63,297 nt of DNA, filler included, from Chiloscyllium plagiosum (GCF_004010195.1; 4 parts of one record of this genome joined end to end with filler, not necessarily neighbours in it), one strand, 5' to 3'. Positions 25,805 to 37,258 are shown, numbered from the whole stretch's first letter. Notes: generated by a model from the letters alone, not told the origin. Made by a program: numbers and translations.

Positions 25805-28245
25805 TAATGACTATTATATCCTAGTAAATCAAGGGTATTGTTGTTGATTCCTTTTCAGGGTAGGGGGTGAGGTGCATCAGTTTTTCTCTGTCCAGGCTTC
25901 TCATGATTTTAAGAACATCTATCAAGTCTCCTCTTAGCCTTCTTTTCTATGAGGAGAACAATCCCACCCTCTCCAACCTATCATCTTAACTGAAGAGTTT
26001 CATCTCTCAGCCCATTCACTTCAATGTATTTGCAAGCTTTCTGTAGTGTGGTTCCCTGAATTATCACCATTCTCCAGCAGAGATATAAAAAGTGTCTTTA
26101 TAAGTTCAGCATGACCTTGCTTTTGTACTCTATGCCCTATTAAAGACCAGGACAATGTAAATTTTATTAACTGTCATCTCTACCTGTCCTGCTGTCTATT
26201 AACTGTCATCTCTATCTGGCATATATTCACAAAGGTCCCTCTGCTCCTGCGCTCTTTTCAGTATTGTAGCCCTTATTTCATACATTGAAAGAGTATCAGC
26301 ATTAAAGTTCATCTGATACTTATTTGCCCACTCCACTGACTTTCCTTTTGAAGTTCCATACCAAACTCCTCATAGTTTAAAAGCTTCCGATAATTACACT
26401 ATCTGCAAACTTTGAAATTGCACATTGCATACAGATATCTAGATCATTAGGAAAAGTAAGTTTCCCAATGCCAACATCTAGAAGCATTCCACCAGCTTGA
26501 ACAAATGCGATTAACCACTATTCTCTGTTTCCTATTAGAAAGTAGAATCAAGATTAGCTGAATAATGTTCCATTTACTCACAAGTCTGTTGTATAACCTT
26601 GATTCAAACACCTTCTAGATGTTCATGTGCACCACATTAACAACATGATCTTCATCAATCTGTCCTGTTGGCTCCTCAATAAATTCCAGTAAGTTAATTA
26701 AACATAATTTCCTCTTTAGAAATCCATGCTGCTTCTTCCTAATCAACTCACCCTTTTCCATGTGACTCTTAATTCTATCCTAAATAATTGTTTCTAAAAG
26801 CTTTCTCATTCCTGAAACCAAACTGACTGGTCTGTAATCGCTGGGCTTATCCTTACAAAAACTTTGTTGTTTTAGGTTGTAAAGTCTGCACTTCACCAGT
26901 CTTCTGATACTTCATCCAAGGCTAGGAAAGACTGAAGGATTATGGTCAGTATCCATGCAATTTCAACCCTCACTTCCTTCAATATTATTGGATGCTTCTT
27001 ATCTGATCCCAGTGTCGTGTCAACTTTAAACATCAATAGTCTATCCATCATTTCATCCTGATCAATTTTAAATTCTTTTAGTAACAGAGTTTCCTCCTGT
27101 TTCATCATGGCCTAAGTAGGATAAAGACAGATACGAAGTATTTATTTAACATCCCAGCTGTGTCTGTTGCCACCGTGTGTAAATTCCCTTTTTAGTACCT
27201 AATGTATCCTGCTGCTCCTTTTACTGCTCTTTTACTATTGATGTGCCTACAGTAGACTTTGGATTTCTCCATTATGATGGCCTCCAGTCTGTTCTCTTCA
27301 TAATTTTTACTTCTTTGATATGCCTTTGACCTTCCCGTTGAACCTTCTTTATTTCACTTGATTCTCAATTGTACCTGTCATAAGTGTACAACTTCTTCTT
27401 TATTTTAAATTCAATCTCCTTTGTCATCCAGGAAACTCTGGATTTGTCTGCCCTCCCTTTCATCTTTGAGGGAATATGTCTTGACCCAAGCCATTTCCTG
27501 TTTGACTGCAGCCCATTGTTCATCTTTAGCTTTAGTTGTCCACTATTTGTTTCAGTCTCTCTGGCCCAGTTCCCTCTTACCCCCATTGAAGCCAGTTCTA
27601 TCCTCGTCAATTATTCTTGCTTACTCAAGATTGCCTTTTCTATCATCATCCTGAATCTAATGGTATAATACTCACTGTTTCCTGAGTGCCACTGACACTT
27701 GGATCTATTTGGCCCCTTTCATTTCCAAGAAACAGACTTAACAGTGCATAATTTCTTGTTAGGTTGGACATATAGTGCTATAGAATTGTTTCCTAAACAC
27801 AATCTAGGAATATTTGGCCCTCTCCACCCTTTGCAGTACCAATTAAAAAACCCAAAAGTGACCACTCTATAATGTAAGCATCCCTGTGTAACCTTGATTC
27901 CCTCCAAATTTGTTCCTCTACATCCTTTTCACTAGTTGATGATCTATAGAATACACAAAGCAACGTAGCAGAACATGTTTTAGTTCCTTAGCTCTCGCCA
28001 GATTGAGTTCTTGATTCGTCACAGGCTTCCTCTTTCTCCAGCACTGTGACACTCTCCTTAACCAATGTCACTAATCTTGCTCCTATACTTCCTTATCTTT
28101 CTTTGCTGAATGCCTGAAATCCAGGAATATTTAGCATCAAATTTTAATAGAGCTAATTCTGTGATGTCACCACAAAATCATATTTCCACATAGCAATCTG
28201 CACCTGTAACTCCCCAGTCTTATTTAATAAACTCTGCATTCACAT

Positions 28246-28436
28246 AGTTAAAAATCATGCAAAACCAGGTTATAGTCCAACAGGTTTAATTGGAAGCACT
28301 AGCTTTCAGAGCGCTGCTGTAGCGCTACTGTAGCGCTCAGAAAGCTAGTACTCTATGACTCTGTGACTCTAATTTTGTCAAAGACAGGTTGAGAAAATGG
28401 TGAGATAAGTCCAACACCAGCATCTCTAAATCATGT
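28246..28436. mobile_element. Fold-back PLE-derived element (family B) with a captured 58-bp local sequence
   Basis: Left arm matches 12989-13057; right terminus agtccaacaccagcatctctaaatcat; TSD attcacata 28238-28246 / 28437-28445. Confidence 0.85.
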
Positions 28437-28614
28437 ATTCACATACATTCACTGAAATCTTGCTTTCGTTTTCATTACTTTCTCAATTATTCTGAGCTCA
28501 CCTACTGCTTTTCTATTCTTTATTCTAGTGTTATCTGTCTCATCAAATATTTTATGCAACCTGGTGTTCCTCTCTAGTAGTCTGTCTTGTTTTCCACACC
28601 TTGCAAGTTAGTTT

Positions 28615-28851
28615 GTTGTTGTGGTGTCACCATAGTCTTACCAGACCATAGGAGCTGCTCTCTCATTAGAGAGAACCAACTGGTGGTGATTTAACTGGAG
28701 GGCCACCAGACCACAGGTAAGGGAAGACATTGAGAAGGAGAGTCCTACATGGTAACTTCAAACCGGTAGATGGGAATTGAACCCTCACTGTTAGCATCAC
28801 ACTGCTCTGTCAACCAACAATCCAGCCAACTGAGCTAAACCAATTCTCCTG
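28615..28851 (-). mobile_element. tRNA-derived SINE (third family)
   Basis: Minus-strand head ggtttagctcagttggctgg (A box)...gggttcaattccc (B box); TSD agttagttt 28606-28614 / 28852-28860. Confidence 0.75.
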
Positions 28852-29345
28852 AGTTAGTTTACTATCGTCCCAACAGCACTAGCAGAACACCATGCAAGAA
28901 ATTCAGTCCCAGCTCTGTTCAAATGTAACCTCTTAATCACAAATAGGTGCCATCTTCCCCAGAGCCAATCCAAGCATCCCAGGAATTTAAAACTATCCTT
29001 CCAGAAAGATCTTTCCAGTCCCACAATCCCTTTCGCAGACAAAAGGTAAAAATTAATGAGCGATATAGACAGACAGGATTTAAAATAGAAAGCACAAGGA
29101 CAAGTTTTCACTTTGGTTAAATGATTGAACTGACTTTGTTTAAATAATGCATGGAATCTAATAACGTGGTTAAGTGCAGCTTATTCTTTACATTGCATTA
29201 TTACATGAAGGCAAAATGTACTGTAATGAAATCAGTGGTGTAATCATCTCTGTTTCACTGTGCATTACTTTGTGTGACATGGAATCACTTAGCAAGTCAT
29301 ATCTGACCTTATCTCACCATTTTCTCAACCTGTCTTTGACAAAAT

Positions 29346-29567
29346 TAGAGTCACAGAGTCATAGAAATGTATAGCATGGATACAGACCCTCAGTCCAACC
29401 CGTCCATGCCGACCAGATATCCCAATCCAATGTAGTCCCACCTGCCAGCACCCGGCCCATATCCCTCCAAACCCTTCCTATTCATATACCCATCCAAATG
29501 CCTCTTAAATGTTGCAATTGTACCAGCCTCCACCACATCCTCTGGCAGCTCATTCCATAGACGTACC
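29346..29567 (-). mobile_element. Young CR1 3' end, truncated by gap
   Basis: Reverse complement of the 22975-23195 3'UTR, with (tatgactc)-type tail. Confidence 0.95.
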
Positions 29568-29667
29568 NNNNNNNNNNNNNNNNNNNNNNNNNNNNNNNNN
29601 NNNNNNNNNNNTTAATTAATTAANNNNNNNNNNNNNNNNNNNNNNNNNNNNNNNNNNNNNNNNNNNN
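29568..29667. other. Artificial gap/contig join
   Basis: 44 N + TTAATTAATTAA (six-frame stop spacer) + 44 N. Confidence 0.97.
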
Positions 29668-31250
29668 ACCTTACTAGTTTAAATCCTCCCAAGTAGTTCT
29701 AGAAAATTTCCCTGCCAGTATATTAGTCCCCTTCCAATTTAGGTGCAATCCGTCCTTCTTGTACAGGTCACTTCTACCCCAAAAGAGATTCCAATGATCC
29801 AAAAATGTGAATTCTTCTCCCGTACACCAGCTCCTCAGCCATGCATTCATCTGCTCTATCCTCCTACTCCTGCCTTCACTAGCTCGTAGCACTGGGAGTA
29901 ATCCAGATATTACTACCCTTGAGGACCTCCTTTTCAAATTTCTGCCTAACTCTCTGTAATCTCTCTTCAGAATCTCCCTTTTCCCTTCCTATATCGTTGA
30001 TTCCAGTGTGGACAATGATCTCTTGCTGGCCCCTCTCCCCCGTGAGAACATTCTGCACCCTGTCTGAGACATTCTTGATCCTGGCACCAGGGAAACAACA
30101 CACCATTTTGCTTTTTCTCTGCTGGCCACAGAAAAGTCTGTCTGTACCTCTGACTAGAGAATCCCCTGAAACAATTGATCTCTTGGAAGCCGATGTACCC
30201 CTCATTGCATTAGAGCCAGTCTCAATACCAGAAACTTGGCTGTTTGTGCTACGTTCCCCTGAGAATCCATCACCCCCTACATTTCCAAAACAGCATACCT
30301 GTTTGAAATGGGTATATCCACAAAAGGCTCCTGCACTAGTTGCCTACCTCTCTTACCCTTCCTGGAGTTAACCCATCTATGTGACTGTATCTGAGACTTT
30401 CCCCCCCTTTCTATAACTGCCATCCATCACACACTGTTGCTGTTGCAAATTCCTCATCGCTTCTATCTGTCTCTCCAACCAATCGACTCGATCTAATAAG
30501 ATTCACATCCAACAGCATTTATGGCAGATATAATCCGCAGTTACCCTTAAACTCTCTTTAAACTTGGTGACAATGTACTTGGTGATATGTACTGACAAGA
30601 AGTACATATCACTGCAAAGGCCATTTTTGCTCCTTCACAATCTACAGACCCAGAAAATAACACCATTTTATTCCTCTACAAACACTGCCCCAGGTTAAGT
30701 TAAAATATAAGCTATGGCTTATATTTTAAGTTTAATCAAGAGACTTATCTCCAAAAATATATAATCAAGAAAGAATCCACTATACTCACTACTGTAGCCT
30801 TTCTCTTGGACAGACTTAAAACAACAATTAACTTATCTGATTCTGTGCTGTGAACTTCGCCCAACACTTCCTCCAAGATTAGTTGTGAATTTCACTGTTT
30901 GTTAATTTTCCCAGATGCACTCCGATGTCCAGCGATACACAAATTCAAACAGCAAAAGCGGTAACTGTGCAGGTGTGTGTGTTCTCTCTCTCTCTCGCTC
31001 TCGCTCTCTCTCTCTCTCTCCTGCACTGTCCTCACCATGTGCTTCCTTTGTCTGCTCTTCTCCCTTTTAAAACTGCTGTTGTTTTGACTTTTTTTCCAAA
31101 GTTCCAAAACAATGCAACAGCATATAAAACAGTAATTACTGCTCCTGGAATTCAAGGAAATCACCTCCAACACCTAAAATACCTCAAAAAAAGGAGCAGC
31201 TCTTACAGCCAGAAATTTTTCCCGTCCTCCATCTTGGGTTACCCAGGATC
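29668..31250 (-). mobile_element. CR1 5'UTR plus ORF1 (zinc-finger, coiled coil, SGNH esterase), frameshifted
   Basis: VICTSC..YICHKC; SGDSLVRG, CFPGA, HTGINDIG, VVISGLLP, DGLHLN; (ag)n microsatellite in the 5'UTR at 30983-31021. Confidence 0.9.
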
Positions 31251-31678
31251 CAACTTGCAAATAACAAAGTTATAATTATCAAACTAAAATCATGACATAT
31301 GCTATTGTGTCACATTGTTGCATTGTTAGATATTGGGCTATTGTGCGCACCTTTAAATGTACTATTTAGAGGGAATAACTAACTTTGCTGTACCTGAAAA
31401 AGGCTTGAGATAAGACCTTGCATTTGTGTCAATCCTCCCATGCCATGTCTTCTTTCTTAGTTAATGGAGAGTTTTCACTTTACAGAATTACTGTGCAGCT
31501 TGCAACAGGCCATTATGATTTTCAAAACTTACTCGGGGCATACTGAAAATACCCACTGACTGGTGCACTGCCATAATAAGCAGGTAACTGAATTACTACT
31601 TTAATCCAATTCACTTCATCAGGGAATAGAAGTGGAGCCCTACCAGAGTGATATTGCATTAATGAATTTCCTACATTT

Positions 31679-31950
31679 AGAACATAGAACATAGAACATA
31701 GAACAATACAGCACAGAACAGGCCCTTCGGCCCACGATGTTGTGCCGAACTTCTAACCTAGATTAAGTACCCATCCATGTACCTATCCAAATGCCGCTTA
31801 AAGGTCGCCAATGATTCCGACTCTACCACTCCCACGGGCAGCGCATTCCATGCCCCCACCACTCTCTGGGTAAAGAACCCACCCCTGACATCTCCCCTAT
31901 ACCTTCCACCCTTCACCTTAAATTTATGTCCCCTTGTAACACTCCCCTTG
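31679..31950 (-). mobile_element. Young CR1 3' end
   Basis: TRGHKFKVKGGRYRGDVRGGFFTQRVVGAWNALP; (gttctat)n tail; TSD tacattt 31672-31678 / 31951-31957. Confidence 0.93.
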
Positions 31951-32204
31951 TACATTTGTTCAACAAAGTAAATCTTTGTACCTTGTGGAACCTGGTTCCC
32001 TTATGTGTCCCATTACATGTGGCATGTAGAGATAGCTCAGATGCATTGGTCATAGTTGCATTACACTACCCAAAGGGCCTGTCATCTTCAAAACTATTTG
32101 CTTATTGAGAGAACGATTGCCTTTTCTGTTTAGCCAAGTATGTGGTCATATAGTTAGCTACCTCCATAACTTCAGTTATGCTCTGCAGCTTCAGCAAGAA
32201 AATC

Positions 32205-32615
32205 CTGGGCCAGATTTTCAGGTTGGTGATGATTCCCATGGCACATTCACCGCTGCCGATTAGCCACTGCCGGTTCGCCGCCAGCGTTTCTCCACTGGGG
32301 TCATTTGACCTCTGGAGACTATTCGCCACTGGAAATATATATATGTACTGATTGTTTTCCCTCCCGCCTGTTCTTTCATACTTCTCAGTCCCCTTTTATT
32401 TATACAACTACATACTACATATTGATAAAAAAAAAGAGGTAAAATAAATATCATTTTATTGGTTTAGATATAAAAATGAGTTACAAATACTTGCGGTGCT
32501 GAATTGTCTTCAGTGGCCAATGGGCGGTGGCTAAGCATCCTCGGCGGTGAAAGGGCAGTGGCTAATCGGCAGCGGCGAACCTGCTGTGGTGAATGGTCCC
32601 ATCCCGAGATTTTCT
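32205..32615. repeat. CpG-rich imperfect inverted repeat (MITE-like)
   Basis: 32246-32271 vs reverse complement of 32554-32579 match at 25 of 26 nt; pairing continues imperfectly inward; AT-rich spacer. Confidence 0.7.
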
Positions 32616-33148
32616 TATCAATATTACAGTTAAGATGATGGTGCACACCAATATTTATGTAGCAGCTTCAATGTAAAGGGCAGATGTTTAGTTAAAAGCA
32701 AATATACAAATTTTGCTGACTGAATTGTGTTGCCCTAGTGTTAGCTTCACGAAAATGGTACTTTGTTATCTGCTTGCTTTTAACCTGCAATGAGTGATGT
32801 GAACTTATTGTTTTTGCATTGTTTTTGAGAAATAGCTTCTCCAGAAATATTTAAGGCAAGTAATTACAAGCATACGTACAATTTGAAGACATTAGGCTGA
32901 ATGTTCCCTACACATTGCAGACAGCTTGTGAGGTAAGAGGGTTAATAATGGAGAAACATTAGGAGTGGGGGAGGGTAGTGCTGACAACTTCCCACTACAT
33001 GGCAGAAGGCCAGAAGAGGAACCTCCGTGGCACAGCTGGCCAATTGGTGATCAGTCAAGTCACTTAAAACCTAAATTAAGCACTAATTTGAAGCCCAACA
33101 GGCATTTTGCCACGGTTTACCTGCATCCTCTGAGTTGGTTTCCAGTAA

Positions 33149-33457
33149 AGCACGGTGGCACAGTGGTTAGCACTGCTGCCTCACAGCGCCAGAGACCCGG
33201 GTTCAATTCCCGCCTCAGGCGACTGTCTGTGTGGAGTTTGCACGTTCTCCCCGTGTCTGTGCGGGTTTCCTCCGGGTACTCTGGTTTCCTCCCGCAGTCC
33301 AAAAAAATGTGCAGGTCAGGTGAATTGGCCATGCTAAATTGCCCGTATTGTTAAGTGTATGGGAATGGGTCTGGGTGGGTTGCTCTTTGGAAGGTCGTTG
33401 TGGACTTGTTGGGCCGAAGGGCCTGTTTCCACACTGTAAGTAAGGTAATCTAATCTA
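33149..33457 (+). mobile_element. HE1-type SINE
   Basis: gcacggtggcacagtggttagcactgctgcctcacagcgccagagacccgggttcaattcc head; taatctaatcta tail. Confidence 0.96.
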
Positions 33458-33611
33458 AAGAGCAGACCTTCCTTGGTTTCCTATAGAAAGGTAACACATC
33501 TACACTGGTCACCCCCATGTCCAAAGAGTACTCTGTACCAGTTCTAACACCTCCCCAACCTGCATGCCCCTGGCCTCACTAAACGTATCAGCAGTGATAT
33601 TGTTAAGGTTG

Positions 33612-33755
33612 GAGAAAATGAGGACTGCAGATGCTGGAGTTCAGAGTTGAGAGTGTAGTGCTAGAAAAGCAGAGCATGTCAGGCAGCATCGGAGGAGCAG
33701 GAGAATTGATGTTTCGGGCATAAGCCTTCCTGATGAAGGCATTACACTCTTAACA
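33612..33755. mobile_element. Fold-back PLE-derived element with deleted right arm
   Basis: Antisense pLTR end, then cctgatgaagg and a remnant cattacactcttaac; TSD attgttaaggttg 33599-33611 / attgttatggttg 33756-33768. Confidence 0.8.
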
Positions 33756-34360
33756 ATTGTTATGGTTGCTGAACTGCTAGCTGTCTGATGAGCTGGCAAC
33801 TCTGAGCGCTGAATCACCATTTTCAATTAGACAACAGTCCCGGCTACAGTTTCTAAATTGGTTGCTATCACCAAATTGTCTGGTAGCCATGAAAGGCACT
33901 AGATAAGTGCAAGTCTTTTTACTTACCCTTTTCTCTCTTATGCAGTCTGTTTTTTTTTTCATAAGAACACAAGCAGTAGGAACTGGATTAGGACATTCAA
34001 TTAATTTTTCTTTCTGATCTGGCATTAATGTTACCCAGTCTAATTTAATCCTGTCTGAGTCCTTCCTCCACTTATTTCCCAATCCTGCAATCTCACTGGA
34101 CGAAGTGATAATGTTGGTTTCTTTGTTCACTCAGGTATCTAATGTTGTGGTTCCTTATTGTTGGACCATTAGCAGCTCTCATTTTCGGTAACTTTGTACA
34201 AAACAGGTTTGATTTGAAGGATGTATGCATAAGTTTCAGCATTGGCTGAAGCTGGTCAATGCCCTCCTGCAGCAAATCACAGTTGACTACTTCTGTCTTC
34301 TTGTGTAATGATTATATAAGTTTCAGTCAAGGAAAGAACTACCAAACACAAAGGTTAGTC

Positions 34361-34677
34361 TTAGAACATAGAACACCTACAGTGTGAAAGCAGGCCGTTT
34401 GGCTCAAGTACACACCAACCCTCTGAGGAGTACCTCACCCAAACCCATCCCCTTACCCTATAACTTTACATTTCCCCTGACTAATGCACTTGGCTAACGG
34501 GCAAGTTAGCACAGCCAATTCACCTAACTTTCACATCTTTGGAGGAAACTGGAGCACCCAGAGGGATACACACAGACACGGAGAGAATGTGCAAACTCTA
34601 CACAGACTGTCATCCGAGGGTGGAATCGAACCTGGGAATCCTGGTGCTGTGAGGCAGCTGTGCTAACCACTGAGCCT
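34361..34677 (-). mobile_element. HE1-type SINE
   Basis: Antisense head (gctaaccactgagcc, ggaatcgaacc) and body. Confidence 0.9.
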
Positions 34678-36139
34678 CTTAACATGGTACTATTTGTTGA
34701 AGAATAATCAGATACCGATCAAAACTTGAAATGACAAAGACAGTGATAAACAAACATTTGTAAACATGCACACACATATCAATGCACATAATGAGACAGT
34801 TTTAAAAATGGAACAGAAAGAAATTAAACTTGGAGGTATAGTTGAAGAAATAACTAAATAATGTGGAATGTTATGACACACATTAAGTTTGGTCTTTCCA
34901 GAGGTGATGAAAAAACTCATTGCTTCAGCACACCTCTGGTTTAAGGTGGAGACAATGGGACAGTATTAATTTTAAGATCAGGTTAATGGTCCAATTAAAT
35001 TTACTATTCAGTCAGCCATGCCTTGAGTGAGTATGCATGTATCGCAAAGGAAGGGATTGGGCTGAACTGTGATGCCTCCTGTGCTGGAATAGCTGCTCAA
35101 CACTCACTATTAGCAATGAAGTGGGCAAATTATCCAAAGGAACTCATGCTCATGGAGCTGCCCACAAGAAGTCAATGCACTCAGAAGGAAAGGGGGGGAA
35201 AGTTTTGAGAACAAGGATCAAAGAACAACACCTTCAATCGAGTCCTATGATTAGTATTGCATTGTAGACATCGTGTTGTGATGGAAAAGAAACAGCACTT
35301 GCCTGCAAAAATAAAACAAAATCTGCAGTTACTATTTGTCATACCCTTGGGCTAAAGTTACAGTTTATGCTGTGAGAACATCAGCAGGCAACACTTCAAA
35401 CTGTGTAAAATCAGAGGGTAATCATCTTTGTACTTCACTTCTGTCCACTGAAGGTGATTTAGCAGTCAGTAGTTGAAACTATTTGTAAACATGGGACTAC
35501 TTTCCAGTCAATTGATTTTAAGATACCAATTGGATACTGATTAAAAGATGTTATCATATATACAGGCAGTCTTTTATAAATACCCATTCAGAGTTAGGAT
35601 GAAGAAGAGAAACTGTATCGGGAATGCTAGAAATTATTGATGAAGAAACCTAGCCACAATGTTATCCTTGTAACTTTCAGATGTCAACTAACTGCATTTT
35701 ACCATCTTCTGTGAGGAGAGATATCAATTTGAGGTCTAGAAGAAAAATATTATGAGCTAAAAATATCTTATGATTTGATTCAGTTATGATTAAAAAGCAT
35801 TTTGAAACTGTTGATCTACTGCTGATAAGGTGCTTCAAAAAATTCAATATTTCTTCTCATGTATAATCTGAATTATAAGATGACACAAAAACATTGGATG
35901 TTTCTTTATAATGTTCTGTTCCATCATTACTCACGTAACAGTTGCCAAAAGGAAAATACATAGATCCAGAAAAGTCTCGCAATATTCAAGATATTATATG
36001 TCAAAAGGTTTTATAGTCTTTTTGAAAGCATGACTCTCAATCTTTTTCTATTAGTGCATAACAATGGAAAGGCACAATGCTGTTGTGAATTTAAACATCC
36101 CTTTATTGTGAAAAATTTTGATCATGCACATGCCACCGA

Positions 36140-37018
36140 TTGTGCATGTGCATGACCACCGATACTCCTGCCGACTTCGTCTGCAGGAAATGCAGTCAGA
36201 TCCTGATCCTCACCGAACGAGTTAGGGAACTGGAACTGGAGTTGGATGAACTGAGGATTATTCGAGAGGCTGAGAGGGTGATTGATAGAAGCTACAGGGA
36301 CATAGTTACGCCGGAGAACAGAGGTAGCTGGGTAACAGTTAGAGGTGGGAAGGGGAAGAAGCAGGCAGTGCAGGGTTCCCCTGTGGTCGTTCCCCTAAAA
36401 AATAAATATACAGCTTTGGAAACTGTTGGGGGGGACAGCGTTGCAGGTGTAAGCTGCAGTGAAGGGGTCTGTGGCTCTGAGACTCAGAAGGGAAAGGGGG
36501 AGAGGAGGAGAGCGCTAGTTATAGGGGACTCTCGAGTTAGAGGGACGGACAGGCGGTTCTATGGACATGGGCGAGACTCACGGATGGTTTGTTGCCTCCC
36601 GGGTGCTAGGGCCCGAGACGTCTCAGACCGTGTCTTCAGAATCCTTAAGGAGGAGGGTGTGCAGCCAGAAGTCGTGGTACACATTGGCACCAACGACATA
36701 GGTAGGAAGAGGGGTGGGGAGGTCATTCAAGAGCTCAAGGAGTTAGGCTGGAAGCTAAAAGCTAGGACAGACAGAGTCGTCATCTCTGGGTTGTTGCCGG
36801 TGCCACGTGACAGAGAGGCAAAGAACAGGGAGCGAGTGCAGTTGAACACGTGGCTGCAAGGCTGGTGGAGGAGGGAGGGCTTCAGATATTTGGACAATTG
36901 GACTGCATTCTGGGGAAGGTGGGACCTGTACAAACAGGACGGGCTGCACCAGAACCAGAAGGGCACCAATATCCTGGGGGGTAGGTTTGCTAGCACTCTT
37001 CGGGAGGGTTTAAACTAA
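36140..37018 (+). CDS. CR1 ORF1 protein (C-terminal CxxC, coiled coil, SGNH/GDSL esterase domain); open frame but 5'-truncated
   Basis: CRKC; LTERVRELELELDEL; IGDSRVRG, CLPGA, HIGTNDIG, VVISGLLP, DGLH; no stop over 292 codons. Confidence 0.9.
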   Translation: MCMCMTTDTPADFVCRKCSQILILTERVRELELELDELRIIREAERVIDRSYRDIVTPENRGSWVTVRGGKGKKQAVQGSPVVVPLKNKYTALETVGGDSVAGVSCSEGVCGSETQKGKGERRRALVIGDSRVRGTDRRFYGHGRDSRMVCCLPGARARDVSDRVFRILKEEGVQPEVVVHIGTNDIGRKRGGEVIQELKELGWKLKARTDRVVISGLLPVPRDREAKNRERVQLNTWLQGWWRREGFRYLDNWTAFWGRWDLYKQDGLHQNQKGTNILGGRFASTLREGLN

Positions 37019-37258
37019 TTTGGCAGGGGGATGGGATCCGGACTTGTAGTCCAGCAAGTAAGCTAGCTGTGTGTCAGGATGCCCAAGACTGTAGGGAGGC
37101 GGTGGAGAAGGTAGCACTGACAGGGACTACTAGCGGACACAGAGATGGGCTCAAGTGCGTATACTTCAACGCAAGGAGTATCAGAAACAAGGTGGGTGAA
37201 CTTAAGGCGTGGATCGGTACCTGGGACTACGATGCTGTGGCCATCACGGAAACGTGGA
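37019..37258 (+). mobile_element. CR1 ORF2 start (APE endonuclease), truncated by gap
   Basis: LKCVYFNARSIRNKVGELKAWIGTWDYDAVAITETW. Confidence 0.93.

Larger units (their letters stand above)
25850..29020 (-). mobile_element. Old CR1 ORF2 (APE-RT), decayed, with nested insertions
   Basis: KVDTTLGSDKKHPIILKEV..ILQSFLALDEVSEDW; SRVSWMTKEIEFKIKKK; further RT/3' remnants toward 25850. Confidence 0.8.

Noticed and set aside
29612..29623. TTAATTAATTAA palindrome, also at 37303 and 58918
   Set aside because: Centred in identical 100-nt N gaps; an artificial six-frame stop spacer, not biology
29346..31250. Apparent compact CR1 with ORF1 joined directly to the 3'UTR
   Set aside because: The join is an artificial gap; ORF2 is probably just unassembled
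33149..33230. tRNA gene candidates at SINE heads
   Set aside because: A/B boxes are followed by SINE bodies and tails; no complete cloverleaf
34135..34187. Plus-strand candidate micro-exon encoding hydrophobic YLMLWFLIVGPLAALIF
   Set aside because: Splice-like signals are common by chance; no supporting homology
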